Positions 1-11,989 of a stretch of 64,000 bases of DNA are shown in pieces. Source of the DNA: Mobula hypostoma (lineage: Eukaryota). Within the stretch, counting starts at the first letter, position 1; each line of letters opens with the position of its first letter. Location of the stretch: assembly GCF_963921235.1 (NCBI RefSeq), contig NC_086107.1:96102001-96166000 (forward strand), read 5' to 3'. A program made the position numbers and the translations under genes. The notes beneath the pieces were generated by a model. The model was not told the origin of the DNA. It searched no databases and saw only the letters and a list, made by a program, of their open reading frames with translations.

Positions 1-319
1 CTGCCAGCTGCCCCTGTGTCACCACAATTCCCAGGTAAGTGACATTCGTGTGGCCGAATTCATTTTTTCCAAGGTTCACTATCAAGCTGGCTTCAGACAG
101 CCGTGTTAAATTGCCAATACACACCTCTGTGTTCATCAGCCCTTTAGTCACTGAATTACTCAAAAAATATGGGTGTTGTTTACTTGGCTGCCCTATTGTA
201 ACAGACATAACCCAACGTCCCAGTTCTTTGCATTTCCTCGGGACAATCAAACACATGGGTGCGAGTCGTTTAATTACTCCTTCGGGGATTAAGGGAGAGA
301 CCTTATCAGTAGACCTGGC
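1..319 (-). pseudogene. Condensed, catalytically dead reverse transcriptase remnant of the Gypsy/Gmr1-like element, in frame with the upstream ORF after a single TAG
   Basis: Manual translation past the TAG at 322-320 gives ...IGQPSKQHPYFLSNSVTKGLMNTEVCIGNLTRLSEASLIVNLGKNEFGHTNVTYLGIVVTQG with no stop. KQHPY and L.EA.L.VNL.K.EF...VTYLG are Gypsy RT landmarks; the expected YIDD reads CIGN. Confidence 0.7.
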
Positions 320-2503
320 CTAAACAATAGCCTTCTCCCATCTGACCGATCCCATCCTAATCTTTTCAAAATGGTTTTTTCCTCTTATCAAGGGGCCCCT
401 AGCTTCATTGATTTCCACGCTAACACCGACTAGGTTTGTTAGCATATCAAAAGCCGGTGACCGTCTCAGTTCGCGTCGGTCATGATCAATAACATTCTTC
501 CCCCTGGGCAGCCGGTAAATCTCTTTCATGATTCCACCAACTGTTTCCTCCAGCACCGCAAAATGTCCACCGGGGGGTACCTCGTGGGCCATGTTAAAAA
601 CCTCATCCCCATAACTCTTTTGCACCACCCCCCACTCCTCATCTGCGGATGCTGTACTTGATTTCTCTTTCTTCCTTAGCACTTCCTCATCCGCACAATA
701 GCTTGTCAAGGCTGTGTCAGAGAGAGCGGTCTCGGCAAAAACCATCAGCCCCTCGTCTCGCTCCTGCGTCTGCACAAATTCTTTCCTGGCTACTGCTACG
801 TCCGTCCCAGCTCCCTCACTACCTCTTATCTCACTACACCCTGTCTCATACAAGGTTGGCAGAAATGTTTCAGCCAAATTCACCATCGCGGGCGGGGCCT
901 CCATGCTGGCAGGCTGACCCGTCAATCTCACGACTGGGAACACGATTCCTCCGGCGATGTCATTACCGAGCAAGACTTCCACGTCTTTCATCGGTAATTC
1001 GGACCTCACCCCGATCGTGACTAGTCCAGAGACCAGGTTGCTCTGTAAATGTATCTGGTGCAAAGGGACTGACTCTGTCCCTTCCCCAACACCTTTGACC
1101 TCTACCTCCCCAGTCTGGGTCTCTGAGCTAAACTCTAATACACTCTTCAGTATTAGTGACTGACACGCTCCCGTGTCTCTCCAGATCCGCACTGGAACTG
1201 GTTTTAACCTCTTTTTCACTGACACCAGTCCGGCCGAGATAAACCTCTCGCGCCCTTCCTGGACTTTTTCAGACCTGTCCTTCCCTAGCGGTTCGCTTAA
1301 CAGCTCAATACAGCCATTCAAAATTTCCGCTTTTCCTTTCCCCGTCTCCTTCCTTGGGGCAAAGCACCTGGACGCAAAGTGTCCGGCTTTCCCACAATTA
1401 TAACAGACGACCCCAGGAGACTTCCTACCAGACTGCTCCCGGTCTACCTTATCCTTTTCACTAGTCCCCGGCTTACTTTCTGACTTTTCCGGTGGACTCT
1501 CCCCGCCGTCCTGACTACCCTTCTGGTAGCCTTTACTCGGGGCAACCTTCATTTTATGCGTCAACGCATACTCATCCGCTAACTTAGCGGTTGCGGCTAA
1601 CGTGGCTGCCTCTTTCTCATCGAGGTAGGGTCTCATACCCTCAGGGACACAACCTTTAAACTGCTCAATCAGAATCAGTTGCAGCAGTCTGTCATAATCC
1701 CCCTCTACCCCCTTCGAGGCGCACCAACGCTCACAATATGTTTGCATCTCGCGAGCAAACTCCAAATACGTGCGGTCCCACCGCTTCCTCGCATTCCGGA
1801 ACCTCTGCCGGTATGCCTCCGGGACCAACTCATAAATCCTGAGGATGGCCTCCTTCACCACCTCATACTTCTGGGCATCTTCCGCGGATAAAGCGGAGTA
1901 AGCTTGTTGGGCTTTCCCTTTCAGTACACTCTGAAGTAAGACAACCCACTTATCCCTCGGCCATTCCTGACTTATGGCCACTTTTTCGAAATGGAGAAAG
2001 TACCGATCCACATCGGTATCGTCAAATGGGGGAACCAGCCTAACCTCCTGGGTCGCCCGGAACCCTCCACCTTGGTTCGGCACGAGCCCCTGCTCGGCCC
2101 TTATCTTTAACTTCTCCAGCTCAAATTCCCTTTCCCTCTGTTTCTCCTCTCTCTCCAACTGTCTGTCCCTCTCTTTCTCTTCTCTCTCCATCTGTCTGTC
2201 CCTCTCTTTCTCTTCGTGTTCTAACTGCCGTACCCGGAACTCGTGCTCGAGTCTCAGTTTTTCAAGCTGTACCTGTACCGCGTCTCCAGCAGGTTTTTCA
2301 ATAGACACCTCCCCCAGCTCACCTTGGGGAAACACACCTTTAGATACATAGTGCTCTACAATAGCTCTGTGTATCTCCTCTCTCCTCATTGTCGACTTCA
2401 CCTTAGCAAGATTCACCCGTTTTGCCACAGCTATCAATTCCGATTTCCTGGCATCCTCTAATGCCTCCAAGGTCGGCGCCTTTATAAATTCCTCAACCTC
2501 CAT
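320..2503 (-). CDS. Gag (SCAN-like capsid plus CCHC knuckle)-protease polyprotein of a Gmr1-like Gypsy LTR retrotransposon, with a degenerate integrase N-terminus
   Basis: 727-aa ORF containing: an E/R/K-rich coiled coil; gag/SCAN-like RLVPPF..YFLHFEKVA..W...W..LLQS.LKGKAQ and YELVPEAYRQRFR; CYNCGKAGHFASRC knuckle; protease RDTGA...LLGND; then MAHEVPPGGHF (integrase zinc-finger-like) ahead of the RT remnant. Confidence 0.85.
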   Translation of the reverse strand: MEVEEFIKAPTLEALEDARKSELIAVAKRVNLAKVKSTMRREEIHRAIVEHYVSKGVFPQGELGEVSIEKPAGDAVQVQLEKLRLEHEFRVRQLEHEEKERDRQMEREEKERDRQLEREEKQREREFELEKLKIRAEQGLVPNQGGGFRATQEVRLVPPFDDTDVDRYFLHFEKVAISQEWPRDKWVVLLQSVLKGKAQQAYSALSAEDAQKYEVVKEAILRIYELVPEAYRQRFRNARKRWDRTYLEFAREMQTYCERWCASKGVEGDYDRLLQLILIEQFKGCVPEGMRPYLDEKEAATLAATAKLADEYALTHKMKVAPSKGYQKGSQDGGESPPEKSESKPGTSEKDKVDREQSGRKSPGVVCYNCGKAGHFASRCFAPRKETGKGKAEILNGCIELLSEPLGKDRSEKVQEGRERFISAGLVSVKKRLKPVPVRIWRDTGACQSLILKSVLEFSSETQTGEVEVKGVGEGTESVPLHQIHLQSNLVSGLVTIGVRSELPMKDVEVLLGNDIAGGIVFPVVRLTGQPASMEAPPAMVNLAETFLPTLYETGCSEIRGSEGAGTDVAVARKEFVQTQERDEGLMVFAETALSDTALTSYCADEEVLRKKEKSSTASADEEWGVVQKSYGDEVFNMAHEVPPGGHFAVLEETVGGIMKEIYRLPRGKNVIDHDRRELRRSPAFDMLTNLVGVSVEINEARGPLIRGKNHFEKIRMGSVRWEKAIV

Positions 2504-2579
2504 TTCTGCTGTTTGTCTTTTCTTTCTTTCGGGAATTTTAACCCAATCAATTTACTCCGTCCCAAATTTAGCGTTCAAA

Positions 2580-2598
2580 ATCGCGGACGAGAACCCCA
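2580..2598 (-). other. Primer-binding site, tRNA-Pro-like
   Basis: Minus strand reads TGGGGTTCTCGTCCGCGAT versus the canonical Pro PBS TGGGGGCTCGTCCGGGAT, 4 nt inside the LTR end. Confidence 0.75.
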
Positions 2599-2602
2599 CT
2601 TA

Positions 2603-3460
2603 TGTTACGTACCCCGTAACTGGGTTGCCAAACCAGCAGAAATGGATCACTCAGTTGGAGTCTGGAGTACTAGAACTAAGAAAGTTTTATTAAAGAAACA
2701 AGCAACACAGTAATCGAAAGGATAATAAATGCAACAATTCAACAATGATAACCACACATGTGCACAGAATTAAGATAACAGCATCAATCAAGCTCTATCG
2801 TTGTCTAGGGGTAAATGACCAATTTCAAAATGACTCAAAGTTCAGTCCAGTTTGTAGTTCAGTTCGCAGTAATCGTTGCCATGGCGATGGACAAGGTGGG
2901 GAAGAGAGACATAGAATAGGAACAACTCATCATTCAGCACAGCTTCACTCACAGACCAGCGAGATGGCTCACAAACAGCATTTGGGCGGGTCCTTGGTGA
3001 TGTCACCTGAGGTCACCGACTGTGACCCCTCCTCCAGATGCGGTCGATCCTCTGCAGTGAACCCGGCACCCAGGCAAGGGCGGACACACACCGGGTTCCC
3101 GCTGATCGTACCTTTCCACCCTGGTCGTTGTCTGGCACTTCTCACCCACTCGTGAGAAGCGTACCGCTTCCAGGGTCTCGTTACCTCGGGTGGCGTGTGT
3201 GTCTGTCTTAGCGAACCTGTCCCTTTTTATCCCCCTGCTGGGGTATCGCCTGTCCATCACTTCAAACAGTTCAGGGTTCAAAGGGGGGAGCCGCTCCAGA
3301 CAGCTCTTCCTCCCACATCCCTTCATTACACATCTCCAGACGCTGCTCCATTGTTCCTTATCTCTCCTTCCCCTGAGGGCAGGTGGCAGACCAACTGCTG
3401 ATGCCACTGATGCTAGCCCAGGCCAGCAAACATCTTAATTTTATGTGTATTCTCGTAACA
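2603..3460 (-). mobile_element. 5' LTR (858 bp) of the Gmr1-like element
   Basis: Bounded by inverted termini TGTTACG...CGTAACA. Minus-strand AATAAA at 2691-2686 and a TATA-like GATAAAAA near 3225. Adjacent to the PBS. Confidence 0.85.
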
Positions 3461-3699
3461 ATACCTTCTTGCGACCCAAAGAGTGGCCAGCAGTCATAAG
3501 AGTTTGAGTATTTTAAAAATTAGCACTCACAGTTGGACCTATTCCAGTCCGTGACTAGGTATCACAGACACAGCGGAGAGCTGAACTGGTAGATAAAAGA
3601 TAAAAGGTCTATGTGCAATTTATGTAAGGAACTAAACTTTGTGTGATAATTTGGGAGTTGGAGCCATCAGTTGTGAAGGGCAGTTACTGAAGATTCGGG

Positions 3700-6200
3700 A
3701 CTCCATTTGGGAGCAGTATACTCATTCCAGGAACTGTATTTTAGCAACGAGTTAGTGAGTGTGTGTGTGTGCCTGCCATTTTTCATTAGAAAAGCGCAAT
3801 CTAACATCGGCTGACCAGCTGACAATATGTAGATGATCTAATAATGGAATTGCAAGTGTGCAGGTCATTTAGGGGTGATGGTAGTGTTTTAAAAATACTG
3901 CAGGATGAGGGGTTTAAAATCAGTTCACACAAGGCTCAGAGAGGAAAGCAAACTGTACTATACCATTTCCCAGAGGAGGAAGGACATGTCAAGTGACAGA
4001 CTTTCTGCAATCGGCCCAGTAAATGCAAGGGGAGTGAGGGTGTAATGGGTCCAGTCAATTACTGCTGTAATTTCATACCTCTCGACACTAGTGGCTCTGA
4101 TACAGGCATTAATTAAAGGAGGGAAGCCCTCTCTGGAGGACACAATTTGGGGCCAGATGAGGAAAAAGGTTTTACAGATATCAAGAAACCCCTGGCCTCT
4201 GCACCTGCATGAAGGTTACCAGATGCGGCTCACCCCTTTTACCTATACTGCAGCAATGTTGGAGGGTATTACAATGGAGGACCATGGGGACACATGTAGA
4301 CCAGTGGCATATTCAAAGGAACAGGCATCTGTTGTTACAGGAACTTCCCCGCTGCTTAGACTGCACAGTGTGGGCAGTATGAGCAAGGGAAGCAGTTGTA
4401 ATGAAGGGACAACTTGTACTACACACACCTCATACCATTGTAGAGCTCCTGAATACGGGGAGGTTGAGAGCAGTTACCAACAGCAGAAGAGCAATTTGGG
4501 AGGCAGCTCTCATCCCCACAGACAACTCACTAATGAGGGTTAAGGACACTGGAATGAATCCCACAAGCATCATCCTAACAGAGGGGAATGCACACAAGGG
4601 CCAAATAGAAATAGAGCAGGAAGATGATATCAGTGTGAAGGGGAAGGGGAAGCAAAGGAAGTTTTTACGGATGGGTCTTGGAGATACATAACTGGGAAGC
4701 CATGGACTGAGTGGGGCATGGTGAAGGATTAGTGATGAATTAGCTGTAGGAGCACTGCCAGTGGATTGCTCAGCACAGGTGGAGGAACTGATGGCCCTAC
4801 TAGAAGCACTGCACTACGTTAAGGACATACAGCCAGTGTGTCTTCAGGGTGGTGCATGATTATCTGATGATGTGGCACATTGGGGATACGTAACCTCAAC
4901 AGGAGCAGGTACTCAGCACTGGCACCAAATACAGGAACCGGTGGAAGCAGTGACTCTGGCAGCAGAAGCTGCATAAAGTAAAGGCTCACCAGAAAAGGGA
5001 GAGTAAGGAGCAGAAAGAGAAAGAGTGGGCCTACATCAGTGCAAAGAGGGCAACAGAGGAACAAAAGGCAATGGAAACTGCAAGTGTGTAGGAAGAAACT
5101 ACTGAAGCTAGTTTAGTAAAATTATACAAAGAGACGGAGGCAGAGGAGAAGGAGAAATGGAGGAGAAAGAAAGCAAAGGAGGGACCAATTGGGAGCTGGA
5201 CACACAGGGAGGAAAGAGTCGTGGTGCCCCCACCATACATTAGGCAGGTACTACTGAAGTTATATAATGCGGTGATGCATCAGGGAGGCAGAGCATGATC
5301 ACAACCCTCTGGCAGGACTGGTGGTGGGTGGAGATGTTGAGAAATTCTGTTACCGTTGTATTATTTGTGCCCAGCATAACCCTGGTAAGGGCATAATGGT
5401 GAGAGTGGCAAACCAGCCACACCAAGGGGATCCTGGTAAAACATACAGATGGACTTCACTGGGCCCCTGCCAAAAAGCAACAGAAAAGCTATTGTCTAGT
5501 GATCATGCTCCACATCATTCAGTGGGTAGAGACTTTCCCAACAAGGGATTAGACCACTGTTTAGGAAATCCTCCCAAGGTGGGGAACCCCATTGGAGGTG
5601 GACTGGGATCGGGGAGCACATTTCCTTCAGCACTTTCCCTGTGAAATGTGCTGGCTGTTAGGGATTCGATCGACAATGATTCCACATACCCTACCACCCT
5701 CTGAGCTCAGGAATAGTTGAAAGGATGAACCAAACAATTAAGAATGCCTTAGCTAATGCTATAACTGGGATGGGAAAGACATTGGTTGGTGTATAGCCAG
5801 GAATCCTGATGAGATTGCGAGACTGTACGCTGGGTCTCAACCTCTACAAATATTGATAGGGTGTGCAATGTGACTCCCTTATTAGATAATTATGGGTTAC
5901 CATGAGCCAGGGGCTTACAGGGATAGAATGACACAGTATGTGAAAGACCTTTGCAACCAATGTAGTGTTGAAGGACTGAGCAAAACAACAGCAGCACATC
6001 GCTGATCAGAGAGAGAGCTGGAGGGAAAGGAGATGTCCTCCCACAGCCGGGTGACCAAGCCATGGTGAGGGTGCTGCCTGAAAAGGGCAGGCTTTGCTCC
6101 CATATGGATAGAACTACATATGGTACTTTTTCCAAGTGACGCTTGTGTCTGTGTGCAGACTCGATGAGGCAGCCAGTGGAAACACTGGACACTAGTTAAA
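3700..6200 (+). pseudogene. Degraded endogenous retrovirus pol (RT, RNase H, integrase)
   Basis: Motifs in shifting frames: QYVDDLI (3823-3843), GFKIS..KAQ, LHTPHTI, VFTDGS (4661), SAQVEELMALLEAL, C..CAQHNPG, MDFTGP (~5449), VERMNQTIKN (~5716), PGDQ..VRV. Many stops and frameshifts. Boundaries are approximate. Confidence 0.75.
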
Positions 6201-6963
6201 CTGTACGACTCACCTTCTTGTCACACCCACAGACAGAACAGAAGATCAAGTATACCCACTAACAGTGTCATTGCAGAGAACCTAAGTGGTGAACACCATC
6301 TGGCTCCACCAGACTGGATCACAGCTGATGGAAGCAGACCCACAACAAACAGAAGGCAGAAGATACCGAGAGCATGACAGAATGCTGTAAATAGCATGTT
6401 GAAGTGTCATGGTAACGGTACTCTGTAATGAAGGCTGGTTGCTGAAGGGAGATGATTATTTGTACTGTATAGAATAGAAAAGATACTGGGGAAAATAGAT
6501 GGGAAGGGATCCAAGTGACAGCAGAGACATCAGGTTCCACAACTTCTCTGGCATAGCAGACTGAGAAAGAGAAGAAATTGCACATGGCAGTCATCCCCAG
6601 CCTGCATGGGGAGTGAACACAAATGAGCTGGGCCATTTCAGCGCTTGTGTCAGCAATTGACTGGATAGTTTGGAAGGGGGTGGCACTGGGGAGAGGTCCT
6701 TGCAGTCATTCAAATAGAGACACCCCAACTCCTTCCTGTACATGGATGAGAGCCTGGTACATTTAAGTTGCTAGTGACCCTGGAAAGAGAGAGTTTCGGC
6801 TATTAGAGAATGAGGGGGTGAAGGTAAAGAATGTGATTAAACTGCAACCAGCCAGCAGAGAAGGAGGCAACAGAAATACGAATGATGAAACTGCATTTTT
6901 AAAGACTAGTTCAAATTTCTGGAACAATCTTCTGCTTAGTGTCTTGTAGGTAGCCACTAGGGG

Positions 6964-7503
6964 TGATAGAGTAGATGTGGATGCAAATAGAGTAATTGGT
7001 AGGGATTCTGAAGCAGGGCATTTCTGCTGCCCTTATTTAAGGTGGGACTTTCCTGGTACAAATGTATTTTGTACAGAAGGGTCAACAGGAGTGACTGGTA
7101 GGGCATTTTTGGGGTTAGCACATAGAGCTAATAACTTCAGCCACCAATCTTCAAATTTGAATATGGATTGTAAATTACATTTAAAATGCAGCTGAACAAT
7201 GGGTTCCTAAGACCTATAAATCATGGCTAATTTTAAGACCAGATAATGCTGATTAAAATTAATTTGGGTTTTTGTGGTGTGAGTGTGAAGGTTGTGTTAA
7301 GTTCAAAGGAAGCATTGTGGATGCACTGTAACTATGAAATTGTCCTGTGATCTTTAGCAGATAAACAGTTGTGTAGTGTTGGGTCAAGCAGCCCTCTTCC
7401 TCCGAAAGGGTCTCAATATGATGCCTACTGTGTTTCATTTTGTCAAATAAAGGCATTACTTCTTATCTGCCAGTTAAGTCTCTGGTGACTTTATTCACAC
7501 AAC
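6964..7503 (+). mobile_element. Possible 3' LTR of the endogenous retrovirus
   Basis: Short purine run (AGGGG) then TG, CCTATAAA near 7212, AATAAA near 7446 and a CA end near 7500. No second copy in the window to confirm. Confidence 0.3.
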
Positions 7504-7509
7504 AACAAA

Positions 7510-8605
7510 TGTGTGGCTGAGAAACTGGTGCAGGAGGCAGGGTTTCAGATTTCTGAATATTTCTGGGGAAGGTGTGACCTGTACAGATGAACCCAAGAGC
7601 AGGTTTGCTCGTGCTGTTGGGGATTGTTTAAACTAATTTGCCAGGGCAATTGGAACTGAAATGGTAGGGCTATTAGTTTACAGGTAGTGGCCGTGTATAG
7701 TGAGGTGGTCAGGAAGGATGGGCAGATGGTAGGGTAAATTTGCCATCAGTGGGATAAGCTGCAGTGTAAAAGGGGGACAAAATCAAAAAGGGTGACCATA
7801 CTGGACTGAAGGTGTTATGTTTTAATGCATGCAGTATACAGAATAAGGTAGACAATCTTGTAGCACAGTTGGAGATTGGCAGGTATGATGTTGCGGGCAT
7901 CACTGAGTCATGATTGAAAGAAGATTATAATTGGGAGCTTAACATCCAAGGATACACTATTGAAAGAACAGTCAGGTAGGCAGAGGGGGAGGCGTGGCTC
8001 GTTTGGTTAAAAATGAAATCAAACCCTTAGACATAGTATTGGAAGATGTAAAGTCCTTGTGGGTAGAGTTAAGAAACTGCAAGGGGGAGAAGGGCCCTAA
8101 TGGGAGTTATGTACAGGCCTTTGAACAATAGCCAGAATTTGGGACACAATTTACAATGGGAGAAAGAAAGGGCATGTAAAAAGGTCAACGTTGCGATTGT
8201 CATGGGGATTTTAATATGCAGGTTGGTGCTGGATCCCAAAAGAGGGAATTTATAGAATGTATACGAGATGGCTTTTCAAGAGCAACTCGTGGTTGAGTCT
8301 GCAAGAGGATCTGCTATTCTGGATTGGGTGTTGTGCAATGAACAAGAATTGATTTGAGAACTTAAGGTAAAGGAATCCTTTAGGAGGCAAGGATGATAAT
8401 ATGATAGAATTCATCCTGCAGTTCAAGAGGGAGAAGCTAAAGTCAAATGTATCTTTATTACAGTGGGTAAAGAGAATTAGATGCATGACATGAGAGAGGA
8501 GCTGGCCATAGTTGATTGCAAGGCTGCACTAGCACGAATGAAGGCAGAGCAACAATGGCTGGAGCATCTGGGAGCCATTCAGAAGGTACAGAGCAGGTAG
8601 ATTCC
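7510..8605 (+). mobile_element. CR1 LINE fragment (end of ORF1 and endonuclease region of ORF2), degraded
   Basis: WCRRQGFRFL/FWGR.DLY, then LKVLCFNACSIQNKVDNL..YDVAGITES..WELNIQGY..RGGGVA, which are CR1 landmarks. Confidence 0.75.
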
Positions 8606-8607
8606 TT

Positions 8608-10258
8608 GCTTTTTAAATCTTTTTATTGAATTAGTACACAAAAGGTAAAACATACAGTGACCAATACATTGTTACGATATAGATATACAAGAAATATTAA
8701 TACAAAAAAACAATGCAAACAACGTAGGTTAGTTATAAAATAACAAGGTAATATAGTTGTATACTAGTTTTCCATATATATCGATAAAGGAGAAAAAAAA
8801 ACCCAAAAAAAACCTACCGTCCAACTAAGCTACAAAGCAAAGCAATGGGATAACTAGGTAAATAGTAGACGTAAACAGATTAAACAATCACCACCTCAAA
8901 CCCGACCTCCACTAATAGCCGATAAAATCCACAAAGGGAGTGTATATATGATCAGAGAGAAAAAAAGTTACATTAAATGAAAATATTGAATAAAAGATCT
9001 CCAGGTCTGCTCAAATTTAACTGAAGTATCATAAAGATTACTTCTGATTTTTTCCAAATTTAGACACAGAATCGTTTGACAGAACCAAAAAAACGTAGTT
9101 GGGGTGTTAATCTCCTTCCAATGTTGTAGAATACACCTTTTTGCCATTAAAGTAAGAAATGCAATCATTCTACGCGCTGAGGTGGATAAATTACTGGAAG
9201 TTTTAGGTAATCCAAAGATAGCAGTAATAGGATGGGGAGAAATATCACTATTCAAAACCTTTGAAATAATATTAAATATGTCTTTCCAAAAAGTTTCCAG
9301 AGTAGGACAAGACCAAAACATGTGGGCCAAGGAAGCTATCTCCCCATGACATCTATCACAAAGAATAAAAATGAGCTAATTTATCTTTAGACATGTGTGC
9401 TCTATGGACAACTTTAAATTGAATTAAGGAGTGTTTGGAACAGATAGGGGAAGTATTGACTAGTTGTAAATTATGAGCCCAGTCATCCGCCGGGATAGTA
9501 AGGCCCAATTCCTTTTCCTAGTCAGTCCTAATCTTATCAAATGGAGCTATCCTAAGTTTCATGATAGTATTATAAATAATAGCCGTTACACCTTTCTGAC
9601 ACGAGTTGAGGTTAATGATAGCGTCTAAAATATTTGTAGGGAGGGGGTAACGCCGGAAGGGAAGAAAATATGGTATTTAGGAAATTTCTAACTTGCAAAT
9701 ATCTAAAAAAAAATGTGTTCTTGGTAAATTGTATTTGTTAGATAACTGTTCAAAAGACATAAGGGAACCATCTGAAAATAAGTCCAAAAACCATGATATA
9801 CCATTAGTCTTCCAAATTTGAAAGGCACGGTCCGTAGAGGAGGGGTGAAAAAATATATTGCCAATAATGGGAATCGCTAGCACAAATTAAGATGGAAAAA
9901 TTTTCGGAATTGAAACCAAATGCGTAAAGTATGTTTAACTATCAGGTTGCAAACCTGTTTATAGCGTTTCAAATCGGAAGGAAGGGAAGGACCTAATATA
10001 GAGCCAAGTGCATAGCCTTGAACAGAATGTAATTCCAAAACTACCCATTTAGGAATGGATACTATATCTTGGGCAAGTAACCAAAATTTCACGTGTTGAA
10101 TATTAATTGTCTAATAATAAAATCTAAAGTTAGGTAATGCCAAGCCTCCATCTCTCTTAGCTTTCTGTAGATGTACTCTACCCAATCCCGGGTTTTTATT
10201 TTGCCAAATAAATGAAGAGATTTTAGAGTCTACTTTATCAAAAAAGGATTTTGGAATT
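8608..10258 (-). mobile_element. L1/Tx1-clade LINE 3' fragment, degraded
   Basis: ORF2 C-terminal pieces SSFIWQNK...GGLALPNFRFYY and AHMFWSCPTLETFW. Minus-strand AATAAA and A-rich tail at about 8610-8630. Confidence 0.8.
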
Positions 10259-10720
10259 GCTCTAAAGCCCCTGCATTTCCTGAATGGCTGTGGCTTGTTG
10301 TGAATGGGACAGTTCTTCCCTGGCCCGATGCTCTTTTTTCTTACAGAGAACTTCACATGCAAATCCTCAGCTGAAGAGATCTCTGTCTTGTGGACAGATA
10401 TGGAATTCTTGGTGCTACAGTCCTTGAAGGTAGGTCTGTCTGATTTCCCAGGTGCACTGCTGCTACTTGGAACAGTGAAGCTGGGGTCATTTCTTTTGCC
10501 TGCCTCATGGCAGGTGAGCCTGGCTTTCAAATGGAGGAAAATCACCTTCAGTTTCTTCTACTAAGAACAGTAAAATCCATAAAATTAGAATTTCTTAAGA
10601 GTCATCTCTCTGCCGGTGAGAAAGAGCCATTTATCCATCATCTCCATCTTCATCATCTTTGGCACCAGTTCCACAGCCTTCACCTCTGTAACATGGACAT
10701 TCCTGGAAGCTAAAAGACAG
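10259..10720 (-). mobile_element. BEL/Pao LTR-retrotransposon gag fragment
   Basis: KNCPIHNKPQPFRKCRGFR resembles the CPxHxKPHxxxKCRGFR knuckle of fish BEL gag. It is joined to L1 sequence only by chance in the ORF track. Confidence 0.5.
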
Positions 10721-11159
10721 TTACTTAAAAGAAAGTCATCTCCCAGTAGTTTGAGTTTCTGAGGTTATAGCCAACCTGGTTGGACATGAGTAGGCTTGAG
10801 CACAAACACTGCGTTTATAGCGGGGGGAGGGATATTGTCACTGTCCCTGTAGGGTATTGTTTCCCTGGTAAATCCCACACCTGGGTGTGAGAAGGTCTTG
10901 TATAACGCATCCCACCATAATTTCTTTGCAAGCTGTTCACCGTTGCACACACCCAACATCTTTTAGTTTAGTTTTATTCACAGTGGAGTACGCTAGGACA
11001 CAATGTATTGAAATTCAGGTGGATGCGCACAGTGCCGAAGGGGAAACACTGTGACTCACTGGAGTAGTGAAAAGTCACTCAATGTGCTGAGCTGCCTCGT
11101 TTACTCTTGGCCAGGTAGGTCAGCCAAATTTCCATCTGCTACATACACTATTCCTCCCG

Positions 11160-11245
11160 CTGCGTACTTGAAAATTGTATTGGACAGAGAAGTGCTGGAC
11201 GCAGTAGATGTCATTCACCTCAAACGTGTAGCACTCAAGTGCATC
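11160..11245 (-). mobile_element. Relic of a Tx1/Keno-like ORF1
   Basis: LECYTFEVNDIYCVQHF versus MECCGFTPDDIYCVQDF in the U2-inserted element. 22/23 nt identity between 11212-11190 and 53204-53226. Confidence 0.55.
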
Positions 11246-11389
11246 TAGCTGAGCTGTCTCCAACAAAAACACAGCTCTCTCTGCCCTCTGAGCAAGACAG
11301 TTGGACAAAATGGTGCCGGTGACAAAGACAGAAACTGCCACAAGCCACAGAACAACTTGCGCTGGTTTAAAAACCCTCCCATCCATGTA

Positions 11390-11745
11390 CTTAATCCAAA
11401 TTTCTCAGAAATGTTGGAATTCGATCTGCATCCACGACTTCCGCTGGCAGCTCACTTCCTACTCTCACCATCCTGAGTGAAGAAACCCTTAACCCATAAC
11501 CTCTAGTTCTAGTCTCACCCAACCTCTGTGGGAAAAGCCTGCTTGCATTTACTCTCTCTATACCCTTCATTATTTTGTATACCTCAGTCAAATCTCCCCT
11601 CATTTTACACTCTAGCAAATAAAGTACTACCTATTCAATCTTTCCCTATAACTTAGGTCCACAAGTTCCTGCAACATCCTTGTAAATATTCTCTGCACTC
11701 TTTCAATTTTACTGATATCTTTCCTGTTGGTAGGTGACCAGAGCA
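11390..11745 (-). mobile_element. CR1 LINE 3' fragment
   Basis: IERVQRIFTRML..LSYRERLNR and RGDLTEVYKIMKG..TRTRGY.LR are CR1 ORF2 C-terminal motifs. Confidence 0.8.
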
Positions 11746-11989
11746 ACAATTGAGGATGTGACCAAACCCACCAAAGTTTGGCAGGGAGCACTTTAGCATA
11801 GAGAAAGATCAAAGCGAGCTGACACCAACCCATGAGAGGCCCACTGAACTCTCATAGGCATCTGCACACGGTGGCTGCCGATAGTTGGCACTAACTTGTG
11901 TAACTCGGTCGATCTCTTTGTAAAATTGGCACGAGTCCAGGAGATGGGCCTGTGTGAAGGGGAGTAAGGTGGCTGACAAGGGAAGTAAT

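Noticed and set aside
320..2503. Host SCAN zinc-finger gene
   Set aside because: No C2H2 fingers or introns; flanked by a PBS and LTR and includes a protease, so it is retrotransposon gag.
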